Of a stretch of 33,230 nucleotides of DNA, positions 10,523 through 18,106 are shown piece by piece (positions within the stretch are counted from its first letter, which is position 1; each line of letters opens with the position of its first letter). The position numbers and the translations under genes were made by a program. This stretch comes from a virus (Duplodnaviria; Caudoviricetes), in IMG/VR virus record IMGVR_UViG_3300033485_000056, positions 1 to 33,230 of that record; one strand, written 5' to 3'. The notes under the pieces are model-generated. The model searched no databases. It had not been told where the DNA came from and saw only the letters and a program-made list of their open reading frames with translations.

Positions 10523-10828
10523 ATGCCAAACAGCCCAGAAAATTATAGCTTTATAACTTATATGTGGGTTATTGGTTTGTCTATTTTAGGGGGGACAGTG
10601 CGAACATTAACAAATATAAAAATGGGTATGAAGTGGAAAGACGTATTTCGTAGATGGGTAATTGATATTACCGTATCAGCGTTTATAGGTATTATTACAT
10701 TCTTCCTATGTGAATATGCTCAACTTGAACCCGTATTAACTGCGGCTTTTGTTGGAGTATCTGCACACATGGGGACTCGTGCTATTTTAATTATCGAAGA
10801 AATTTTATATAGAAAGGCGGTTAAGTAA
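10523..10828 (+). CDS. Holin (LydA-like)
   Basis: MPNSPENYSFITY, three TM segments, SAHMGTRAI; AGGA SD before 10523; next to endolysin. Confidence 0.8.
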   Translation: MPNSPENYSFITYMWVIGLSILGGTVRTLTNIKMGMKWKDVFRRWVIDITVSAFIGIITFFLCEYAQLEPVLTAAFVGVSAHMGTRAILIIEEILYRKAVK

Positions 10829-11280
10829 TGGAAGGATATAGTAAATATTTTACGTTTGAAGAATTAACAGATAGCGATAACCATCCTGCGCTTGTACCTA
10901 AAAACCGTATAGATGCAATACAATTTAAACTTGCAGGTAAACGGCTATCAAAACTCTTAGAATCAATACGACACATCTTAGGTGATACACCATTAAAAGT
11001 AACATCAGGGTATAGAAATCATTTATTGAATAAAGCTGTGGGTTCAGTTGCTAAAAGTTCAGCCCACATGAGATTTGAAGCGGCAGATATAAAACCAAAA
11101 ATGAATTTAAAAGAAGCATTTAACGCTTTAATAATGGCGCATAAAGGTGGATTACTCCCTGATTTAAGAAAGGTATTAATTGAGTCATCATGGTTACATA
11201 TTCAAGTAAAAATGAATATGGATGACCCGACTGAATTTTTTACTACGAATGATAATATAAATTTTACAAAGGTAGCATAA
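10828..11280 (+). CDS. Endolysin, peptidase M15A family
   Basis: SKYFTFEEL, TSGYR, SSAHMRFEAAD and WLH Zn-peptidase motifs. Confidence 0.85.
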   Translation: MEGYSKYFTFEELTDSDNHPALVPKNRIDAIQFKLAGKRLSKLLESIRHILGDTPLKVTSGYRNHLLNKAVGSVAKSSAHMRFEAADIKPKMNLKEAFNALIMAHKGGLLPDLRKVLIESSWLHIQVKMNMDDPTEFFTTNDNINFTKVA

Positions 11281-11489
11281 TGAACCCACTTGCAATACTA
11301 GCTCTTCAATATCTAGCAGTACCGCTATTAAAAGGTATTGCAAACGTATCCATCGCTATGCTTAAAAAAGCTCCTAACGGTATCCCTAAGAAACTCGCCC
11401 TAACGCTCTTAGAAGCTATCACAGAAAGCGAAGCTAACGAAGTAAGCCAAGATCACGTTAAACAAGCAAAAGAAGTGCTACAAGCTTAA
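11280..11489 (+). CDS. Small hydrophobic/amphipathic protein ending the lysis cassette
   Basis: TAATG coupling to endolysin; 69 aa. Confidence 0.6.
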   Translation: MNPLAILALQYLAVPLLKGIANVSIAMLKKAPNGIPKKLALTLLEAITESEANEVSQDHVKQAKEVLQA

Positions 11490-11512
11490 TCTAAGCTATC
11501 TTGCTATAAAAT
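11485..11512 (+). promoter_or_regulatory. Putative sigma70 promoter for the sRNA
   Basis: CTAAGC(11491-96)-N10-TAAAAT(11507-12), same spacing as the repeated early promoters. Confidence 0.5.
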
Positions 11513-11517
11513 TACCT

Positions 11518-11625
11518 TGTTCCTATCTAGGACACCTCATCTATTCACCTCCTAAACACCTCAATCGTCCTGCTTCATCTCAGGGCGATACTTTCGACAA
11601 CCTCTTATAAAAGAGCGTCGTTTTT
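11518..11625 (+). ncRNA. Putative trans-acting antisense sRNA (anti-SD/anti-AUG)
   Basis: 5' hairpin TCCT/AGGA; three CACCTC copies (11533, 11546, 11557); 9-bp hairpin 11564-11589; terminator-like end; 11536-11552 complementary to several early-gene start regions. Confidence 0.6.
11595..11625 (+). terminator. Putative intrinsic terminator
   Basis: CGAC..CTCTT/AAGAG..GTCG interrupted stem followed by TTTTT. Confidence 0.5.
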
Positions 11626-11655
11626 ATCTACAATTAAGAAACATAGTTTTATAAT
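11622..11655 (+). promoter_or_regulatory. Putative promoter of antirepressor/replication operon
   Basis: TTTTAT-N4-AATTAAG-N11-TATAAT, a degenerate copy of the repeated early promoter. Confidence 0.65.
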
Positions 11656-11674
11656 GCTTTTACAATCTTTTAAC

Positions 11675-11746
11675 GGGGTACCAAGTCCACGGGAATGTTT
11701 TCCCGTTAAGAGTTTGCTTAACTGCGTGTGATTGACTTGGTACCTC
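11675..11746 (+). ncRNA. C4/P4-CI-like cloverleaf antisense RNA in the antirepressor leader
   Basis: 13-bp closing stem 11675-87/11734-46, bulge TGATT, CACG/CGTG stem, hairpins GGAA/TTCC and GTTAAG/CTTAAC. Confidence 0.6.
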
Positions 11747-11783
11747 TCTCACTCCTCTTGAATAATCATACCGAAAGAATAAA

Positions 11784-12401
11784 ATGAAACTCATAAAAAT
11801 TGAGTCAAATGTAATTGGTAATGGTGCGGTTAATTCCGTAAACAGTCGTGATATTCATACATCACTATGGGTAAAAACTCCTTATTCAATGTGGATTCAA
11901 AGAGCTATTGAAAAATATGGCTTTGAAGAAAACACCGATTTTACGATTAACAAATTTGTTATCGGTAAAGCAACACAGATTGACTATATTGTAACCATCG
12001 ACATGGCAAAAGAACTTTGTATGCTTGATGATAGCGAGATGGGGAAATCATACCGTCGTTATTTTATTGAAAAAGAAAAAGAGGCATTAAAGCCTATGAC
12101 AATTCAAGAACAAATCGCACTAATTGCACAAGGTAATCAAATCATTGATGATCGTGTTACACTACTCGAACAAACAAAACGACTCGAAGCATGGCAAGAA
12201 CGCTCACTAAGCGACGCTAAAAACAAAAAAGTATACTCATTTAACCCATCCGACGGAGAGAACACTTCAAAGCTTCACCGCGCTGTGTGGTCAAAGTTTA
12301 AAAAACATTTCAATCTCCCACGCTATAACGAACTTCCAGCGGTTAAATATGAAATTGGTTTGGAATTTATCAATAATTTAACTTTGATTGACTTGGTGTA
12401 A
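11784..12401 (+). CDS. Antirepressor-family protein (AntA/AntB N-domain + ORF6C-like C-domain)
   Basis: VNSRDIH...WIQRAIEKYGFEENTDF...DY..TIDMAKELCM...RRYFI; C-terminal FKKHFNLPRYNELP. Confidence 0.85.
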   Translation: MKLIKIESNVIGNGAVNSVNSRDIHTSLWVKTPYSMWIQRAIEKYGFEENTDFTINKFVIGKATQIDYIVTIDMAKELCMLDDSEMGKSYRRYFIEKEKEALKPMTIQEQIALIAQGNQIIDDRVTLLEQTKRLEAWQERSLSDAKNKKVYSFNPSDGENTSKLHRAVWSKFKKHFNLPRYNELPAVKYEIGLEFINNLTLIDLV

Positions 12402-12403
12402 AT

Positions 12404-13237
12404 ATGAGTAAGTCTAAAAAATATTACTGGCTAAAACTAAAAGATGATTTCTTTCATAACCCAAAAATAAAGAAATTGCGTAAAGTTGCAGGAGGTGATA
12501 CATATACCATCATCCTTCAAAAAATAATGCTCTTATCAATAAAAACTGGTGGATTTATTGAGTTTCAACATATCGAAAAAACATTCTCGGAAGAGCTTGC
12601 TCTAATCCTTGATGAAGAGGTTATTAATGTTGAGGTAACTTTATCGTTTATGAACTCAAATGGACTTATGGAGGACTCAAATAGTGAATATTTTATACTT
12701 CCTTTTATCCCTGAATTAATAGGCTCAGAGGGCGACAGTGCCGAAAGAGTACGCAAATTAAGAGAGAATAGAAAGAACATCGAAGCGTTACAATGTAACA
12801 CAGAAGTAACAACACGTAACACAGAGATAGAGAAAAGAGAAAAGAGAGAAGAGATAGAGTTAGATAAAAGAGATATAACGTGCGATACACTCGTTACAGA
12901 TATTATTAAAGAATCTTCTTTTGATACCTTCTGGAAAGCCTACCCTAAAAAAGTAGGTAAAGATGCCGCATTAAAAGCATGGAACAAAAAGAAGCATAAG
13001 CCACACATGGAACTTATCCTCGAAGCAATCGAACGCTACAAGCTATCCAAAACTGTACGTGAAGGATTTACGTGCAATCCTGCAACATGGATTAACGAGG
13101 GAAGATGGTCGGATGAGGTCACACTATCAGACTATGACAAAGCAAAGGCTATACAAACACATACTGGCATGAGTCCAAGTGAAACGCTTGATATACAGCT
13201 ACAACATGCTCAGGAAGAATGGGAGGCTGGAAAATGA
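12404..13237 (+). CDS. Replication initiator (replisome organizer N-terminal domain)
   Basis: KKYYWLKLKDDFF...IKKLRKVAGGDTY; SAERVRKLR; FDTFWKAYPKKVGK; NPATWINEGRW. Confidence 0.85.
   Translation: MSKSKKYYWLKLKDDFFHNPKIKKLRKVAGGDTYTIILQKIMLLSIKTGGFIEFQHIEKTFSEELALILDEEVINVEVTLSFMNSNGLMEDSNSEYFILPFIPELIGSEGDSAERVRKLRENRKNIEALQCNTEVTTRNTEIEKREKREEIELDKRDITCDTLVTDIIKESSFDTFWKAYPKKVGKDAALKAWNKKKHKPHMELILEAIERYKLSKTVREGFTCNPATWINEGRWSDEVTLSDYDKAKAIQTHTGMSPSETLDIQLQHAQEEWEAGK
12787..12870. repeat. Putative iteron origin inside the initiator gene
   Basis: GTTACAATGTAAC palindrome; GTAACA repeats at 12795, 12806, 12816 (GTAACACAGA twice); purine-rich AGAG tract. Confidence 0.55.
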
Positions 13238-13659
13238 AAGATAGAAATTTAAACCATAGTGACTCGTGGGCTACACCGCAATATTTGTATGATGAATTAA
13301 ACGCTGAGTTTAATTTTGACTTTGACCCATGCCCTCTTGAATTAGGAGAAATTACGCCTGAAAATGACGGGCTTTTAAAAGAGTGGGGGAAATCAAACTT
13401 TATAAACCCTCCATACTCACAGAAGCTAAAAGAGGCTTTCGTGGTTAAAGCCATAGAAGAGAGTAAAAAAGGAAAAGTTTGCGTCCTACTTTTGCCAGTA
13501 TCTACATCAACAAAACTTTTTCACGAACATATTTTGCCAAACCAAAAAGAGATCCGATTCTTAAAAGGTCGTGTGAAGTTTGAGGGCATAAATACTTTTG
13601 GGGAAAAAGTTACAACTAAATGCGGTATGCACGATAGCATGATTGTAGTTTTAAAATGA
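13234..13659 (+). CDS. Phage DNA N6-adenine methyltransferase (Dam family)
   Basis: WATP, FDFDPC, FINPPYS, IRFLKGRVKF; GGAGG SD before ATG 13234. Confidence 0.85.
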   Translation: MKDRNLNHSDSWATPQYLYDELNAEFNFDFDPCPLELGEITPENDGLLKEWGKSNFINPPYSQKLKEAFVVKAIEESKKGKVCVLLLPVSTSTKLFHEHILPNQKEIRFLKGRVKFEGINTFGEKVTTKCGMHDSMIVVLK

Positions 13660-14210
13660 AAAACCAACTAATCCAAGACATCAAAAGCAAACTAAAAATA
13701 GTCGGAGGTCACTTCGTAGATGCTGAAATATCAGATTACATCGCAAACATACCTCCCGCAAAGTACAAAGAGTTTTTTAAAGACCTAAGCGGAGATGAGT
13801 TTTCATTTAAGAACGGACTAGATAGGGTCAAGATAGTATCTGAGCGTTACACAAACACGCCTAAAAACGATTTTATCGCAGAAGCTAAGGAAATCGTTAG
13901 CCTTATGCACTCAATCAACAAAACAGCCATTATAGAGTCTCAGGCGAGAGGCATAGGCTATGTTCAATTTATGGCAGGGCTAAAGATTAGAGAAACTTTT
14001 AATCTATCGGATAAACAAGCGCACGTTATTAACGAGATCGGAGGGCGTGAGTACATTATGAAAGTCAATGAAACAGAGCCTAATAGTTTGGAAAGAAAAG
14101 TAGTAGAGCAGTTGGAAAAATATGCACATCGTGATATTAAGCAACTATCAGCAGTGAGAGCCAATAAAGAAGTAATGCAGTTAGCAAACAATATTGTGAA
14201 GAGAGGGTGA
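13656..14210 (+). CDS. Hypothetical protein, possibly helicase loader by position
   Basis: 184-aa ORF with ATGA coupling; function inferred from synteny only. Confidence 0.5.
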   Translation: MKNQLIQDIKSKLKIVGGHFVDAEISDYIANIPPAKYKEFFKDLSGDEFSFKNGLDRVKIVSERYTNTPKNDFIAEAKEIVSLMHSINKTAIIESQARGIGYVQFMAGLKIRETFNLSDKQAHVINEIGGREYIMKVNETEPNSLERKVVEQLEKYAHRDIKQLSAVRANKEVMQLANNIVKRG

Positions 14211-14212
14211 GG

Positions 14213-14845
14213 ATGAAAATTTTAGTAGCTTGTGAAGAAAGCCAGGCAGTAACAACGGAGTTGAGATTATTAGGTCATGAAGCATACTCGTGTGATATTG
14301 AGCCATGCGGAGGAGAGCATCCTGAATGGCACTTACAACAAGATGTTATTCCGTTACTAGAAAAAAAGTGGGATATGATAATTGCATTTCCTCCATGCAC
14401 GTATCTAACTGTTACTGGCAACAGATGGTTTAACGTAGAACGATACGGAGAAAAAGCAATACAACGGCATAAAGATCGCGAGTGGGCTATTAACTTTTTT
14501 ATGACGATAGCTAACTCTAAGTGCAAAAAAATTGCTATTGAAAATCCAGTTGGAATTATGAGCAGTGAATGGAGAAAGCCCGACCAAATCATAAACCCAT
14601 TTCAGTTCGGTGAACCATTCGAGAAAAAAACGTGCTTATGGTTAAAAGGATTGCAAAAGTTAGAAAATACAGAAGTAGTAGAACCGCCAACAAGAACAAA
14701 ATTCGATAGCGGAAAATCAATGCCTACATGGTACGCTGATTGTTGGAAACTTCCTGCAAAAGAACGAGCAAAACAGAGATCAAAAACTTTCACCGGAATC
14801 GCAAAAGCTATGGCTATGCAATGGTGCGGAGAGTGTAGAACATAA
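14213..14845 (+). CDS. DNA cytosine-5 methyltransferase-like protein
   Basis: MKILVACEES, SCDI, AFPPCTYL (catalytic PC), IENP, KKTCLWL, RSKTF.GIA.AMA.QW. Confidence 0.8.
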   Translation: MKILVACEESQAVTTELRLLGHEAYSCDIEPCGGEHPEWHLQQDVIPLLEKKWDMIIAFPPCTYLTVTGNRWFNVERYGEKAIQRHKDREWAINFFMTIANSKCKKIAIENPVGIMSSEWRKPDQIINPFQFGEPFEKKTCLWLKGLQKLENTEVVEPPTRTKFDSGKSMPTWYADCWKLPAKERAKQRSKTFTGIAKAMAMQWCGECRT

Positions 14846-14884
14846 AACCCTTTTATACTTAATTAAGCTAAAACAGTGTACTAT
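14843..14884 (+). promoter_or_regulatory. Repeated early promoter/operator, copy 1
   Basis: TAAAA-N3-TTTTATACTTAATTAAGCT then -10 TACTAT (14879-84). Confidence 0.8.
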
Positions 14885-14910
14885 TTTAAATACCAATGGA
14901 GGTGAAGAAG

Positions 14911-15822
14911 ATGAAAGAAATCGAAGTAGAATTAATTGAAGTTGAAACGCTAGACGTTTCCAAAGCAGTTGAGGTAACTCAAAAACCAATCATTGCATAT
15001 AAAATGCTTGAAATAATTAGTAAAAATGTTGGGGATAAAATTCAATCCCTTAATATCGAATCGCTCGAACCTACTGATGATAATTTATCTCTCATTAAAC
15101 GAACACGGGCAGATTTAACAAAAGATTTTAACGATCTTGAAAATCAGCGTAAAATGGTTAAAGAAATCATCATGAAAGACTACAATCTTTTTGAAGATGA
15201 TTACAAAAAGCTTATTTCGTCATTGTTTAAAAATGCAGACGATCAGCTTAAAAATCTTGCATCAACAGTGGACGATAAAATCCTATCGGTAAAAATTGAT
15301 GGTATCAAAGAATACTTTAACGAAGAAAACACGTTTGAGTTTATCAATTTTGACGATTTAGGATTGAAGATTATCAAATCAAAATCTGATAAATCAATCA
15401 AAACTGAAATTGACGAATATCTCGCAAACATCAAAATGAGTATTTCAACAATCGAAACACTCCCAAATAAAGAGCGTGTGCTTGCAAAGTTTCAAATGAG
15501 CCGTGATTTAAATCGTTCAATCTCTGAAACAAATATCGAAATTCAGCGTGAGGAACAAATCAAAGCGCAAAACGAAGAACGTGAACGCCAAGCGGAAGAA
15601 CGTCGATTAATGCTCGAAGAATCACAACGTATTGCAAAGGCACAGTTCCGAGAAGATATTACGCAAAGCCAATTCATTGAAGAGCATCAGCAAGTTCTAA
15701 CACCTCAACTAATTACCGAAGAAGAACCAGTTTTTAAATGCACATTTTCAGTATTAGCAACAAAAGCACAATTAAAACAATGCAAAGAATTTTTTGCACA
15801 AATAGGAGTAAAGTATGAGTAA
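14911..15822 (+). CDS. DUF1351-like coiled-coil protein
   Basis: KRTRADLTK..NDLENQRK pattern, upstream of recombinase; GGAGGTG SD favours ATG 14911. Confidence 0.65.
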   Translation: MKEIEVELIEVETLDVSKAVEVTQKPIIAYKMLEIISKNVGDKIQSLNIESLEPTDDNLSLIKRTRADLTKDFNDLENQRKMVKEIIMKDYNLFEDDYKKLISSLFKNADDQLKNLASTVDDKILSVKIDGIKEYFNEENTFEFINFDDLGLKIIKSKSDKSIKTEIDEYLANIKMSISTIETLPNKERVLAKFQMSRDLNRSISETNIEIQREEQIKAQNEERERQAEERRLMLEESQRIAKAQFREDITQSQFIEEHQQVLTPQLITEEEPVFKCTFSVLATKAQLKQCKEFFAQIGVKYE

Positions 15823-16507
15823 TGAAATCGCAAAAGTTGAGAAATCAACATGGCTATCTAATGAGGAAAAAGTAATTATCCGTAAGCAATTTTTCCCACA
15901 AAATGCTACTGATATGGAAATGAAGTATTGTATGAGTGTTGCTGAAAAATTTAACCTCAACCCTATTTTAAAGCAGATTTTCTTTATTGCTCGAAAAAGT
16001 AAAGGCGATAACGGACAATGGATTGAAAAAATCGAACCTCTTGCAGGACGTGACAGCTTTTTAACATTAGCGCACCGTAGCGGGAAGTTTTCAGGAATTG
16101 AAACAACCACCGAGATTAAACCAACTGCAAAACTTATCAATGGAGAATGGGAACAAAAAAGTGATTTAGTTGCTATGTGTAAAGTATATAGGTCAGATAT
16201 GGAGCGTCCAGTGATTGTTGAGGTTTCATATTCTGAATATGTGCAAAAAACTAATAACGGTGAAATTACAAAGTTTTGGAAAGAAAAGCCGGAAACAATG
16301 TTAAAAAAAGTTGCAGAAAGTCAGGCATTACGCAAAGCGTTTGACATTACCGGACTATATGCAGAGGAAGAGATTAGAGAGGTACAAGTTGATAATGTAC
16401 GATCATCAGTCCAGCAACAACCACAAATTCAGCATGATGCGTTTAATGATGCGGAAGTTGTAGAAATACCTAAAACAGTTACAACAGTTAATCTCAATGA
16501 TATTTAA
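15815..16507 (+). CDS. bet: Single-strand annealing recombinase (Bet/RecT family)
   Basis: LNPILKQIFFI, AHRSGKFSG, WKEKPETMLKKVAESQALRKAF.ITGLYAEEE. Confidence 0.9.
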   Translation: MSNEIAKVEKSTWLSNEEKVIIRKQFFPQNATDMEMKYCMSVAEKFNLNPILKQIFFIARKSKGDNGQWIEKIEPLAGRDSFLTLAHRSGKFSGIETTTEIKPTAKLINGEWEQKSDLVAMCKVYRSDMERPVIVEVSYSEYVQKTNNGEITKFWKEKPETMLKKVAESQALRKAFDITGLYAEEEIREVQVDNVRSSVQQQPQIQHDAFNDAEVVEIPKTVTTVNLNDI

Positions 16508-17156
16508 AACCATCGAAACAGGGAGTGGTGGGAATTGCTTTCTTCTTGATACTTTGATGATTGACTGCGGTTTGCCATATTCTAAAACGAAGTCATATTT
16601 TGAAGAGGTTGAATTCGTACTTTTGACCCATCACCATGGTGACCACTTAAAAGATGATACTATCCGCAAGATATTTGTTAATCACGAAAATATTAAATTC
16701 GTATGTGGTGAATGGTTGCGTGATAAGTTGCATAAAATCGGAGTTGTTGATAGTCATATAATTGTTGTTGAGTTTGGAAAAGTTTACCAACTTGGAGAGT
16801 ATAAAATATCTCCCGTAATGGCATATCATGACGTTGAGAATTGCGGTTATCGCATTATGAAAGACGGATGGAAGCATTTGCACATAACTGATACTTTCAC
16901 GCTTGATGGTATCGAAGCTTTCGGCTATCAATCAGCATCAATAGAATGTAATCATCATTACGAAACAGCTTTAGAACTTATCGAAAAAGCAAAAGAAGAT
17001 GGTGAATTTTCTCATTTGAAAGGGGCTTTAAATTCTCATTTAGCGGTTAATAAAACGATTGAATTTTGTAAGGAAAATGGAATAGGAAAGTTGTATCCAG
17101 TACATATCGGAAACAGTACGAAAAAACAAGTCATTCAAGCATTGAAAGAGTGGTAA
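16497..17156 (+). CDS. Metallo-beta-lactamase-fold hydrolase (probable exonuclease partner of Bet)
   Basis: TGSGGN, IDCG, THHHGDH, HD, TDT, IECNH, SHL. Confidence 0.85.
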   Translation: MIFKTIETGSGGNCFLLDTLMIDCGLPYSKTKSYFEEVEFVLLTHHHGDHLKDDTIRKIFVNHENIKFVCGEWLRDKLHKIGVVDSHIIVVEFGKVYQLGEYKISPVMAYHDVENCGYRIMKDGWKHLHITDTFTLDGIEAFGYQSASIECNHHYETALELIEKAKEDGEFSHLKGALNSHLAVNKTIEFCKENGIGKLYPVHIGNSTKKQVIQALKEW

Positions 17157-17567
17157 ATGAAAATCACATTTAAAAAAGAGCGTGGGCAATTAATCCCATA
17201 CTCTGATGAAGATCAAGAGAAATTATCAAAAATGTCAGACGGTGCAACTTATACCGTTGACATAAAAAACTTTGATACTCGCACAATCAAACAAAATTCA
17301 GCGATGCACAAATACTTTCAAATGTTGGCTGATACTTTAAACGATAGGGGATTGACTGTCTCAAAAATGGTTAAAGTAGAATTGAACTGGAATGATGGAA
17401 TGGTTAAAGAAACATTATGGCGACCAATTCAGGAAGCAATTTTGCATAAAAAAAGCACGACTGAATTAAACCGTGATGAAATATCACAGGTGTATGATAC
17501 GCTTAACCGTGCACTATCAATTAAGTTTGGAATATCTGTTCAATTCCCATCAATAGAAAAAGACTAA
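17157..17567 (+). CDS. NinB/DUF1367-like protein
   Basis: RTIKQNSAMHKYF and KSTTELNRDE motifs. Confidence 0.55.
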   Translation: MKITFKKERGQLIPYSDEDQEKLSKMSDGATYTVDIKNFDTRTIKQNSAMHKYFQMLADTLNDRGLTVSKMVKVELNWNDGMVKETLWRPIQEAILHKKSTTELNRDEISQVYDTLNRALSIKFGISVQFPSIEKD

Positions 17568-17571
17568 AGAA

Positions 17572-17613
17572 TAAAATACTTTTATACTTAATTAAGCTTA
17601 GTTAGTCTATAAT
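17572..17613 (+). promoter_or_regulatory. Repeated early promoter/operator, copy 2
   Basis: TAAAA-N3-TTTTATACTTAATTAAGCT then TATAAT (17608-13). Confidence 0.8.
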
Positions 17614-17620
17614 TGTTCTA

Positions 17621-18088
17621 CAAGATACGGATCACCTAAATCAATAAAAAGTTTCATCGGCACGAGTAGGTGGAGTGTGCGGTATCTTGCAAGTTATTTG
17701 ATTTACCATCCCAAAGATTACGATAGGGACAAACAAAAATATGGTCGTAAAATAAACCATGTTTAGAGCTTTTGATGCAGGGGTAAAGACGGTGACTAAT
17801 CCGTAAAGCGGTAGAGGTTGAACGCCATTGAGACCATTTTGAATTGGATAGTTGAGATGCTATCCCCCTTGCACAGAGAGCTTTTGCTAGTGATACATAG
17901 TGGCGTAATAAAAGAAACAAGATGGAAGCCTGCAAGTATTTATCAAGATTCTATAAAACACAGACAGTAAAAATTCGTATCCATGCGATTGGTGTCTATA
18001 TCTATGTATCACTACAAAGAGCTTTTAATACAGTCAAGCCATTCAAACAGATGACATTAACTTGGCTGTATTAAGGGTTTAAAGCCCT
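17621..18088 (+). ncRNA. Array of long-stem structured RNA units separated by AGAGCTTTT linkers
   Basis: Closing stems 17621-28/17682-89, 17776-83/17866-73, 17888-900/18002-14 (13 bp perfect), 18025-38/18061-74 (14 bp, one G-U); linkers at 17765, 17877, 18018. Confidence 0.6.
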
Positions 18089-18106
18089 AAAAAACGGAGG
18101 TGAAAG

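Noticed and set aside
11523-11553. Minus-strand gene with SD AGGAGGTG and ATG (MRCPR-stop)
   Set aside because: Only 5 codons; promoter and terminator signals point to + strand transcription. It remains the alternative explanation for the sRNA seed.
17761-17774. GTTTAGAGCT resembling a type II CRISPR repeat start
   Set aside because: Single short match; the recurring element is 9 nt with irregular spacing and there are no cas genes.
17654-17935. 93-aa minus-strand ORF
   Set aside because: Non-ATG start, no recognisable features, opposite to all other genes; RNA stems explain the region better.
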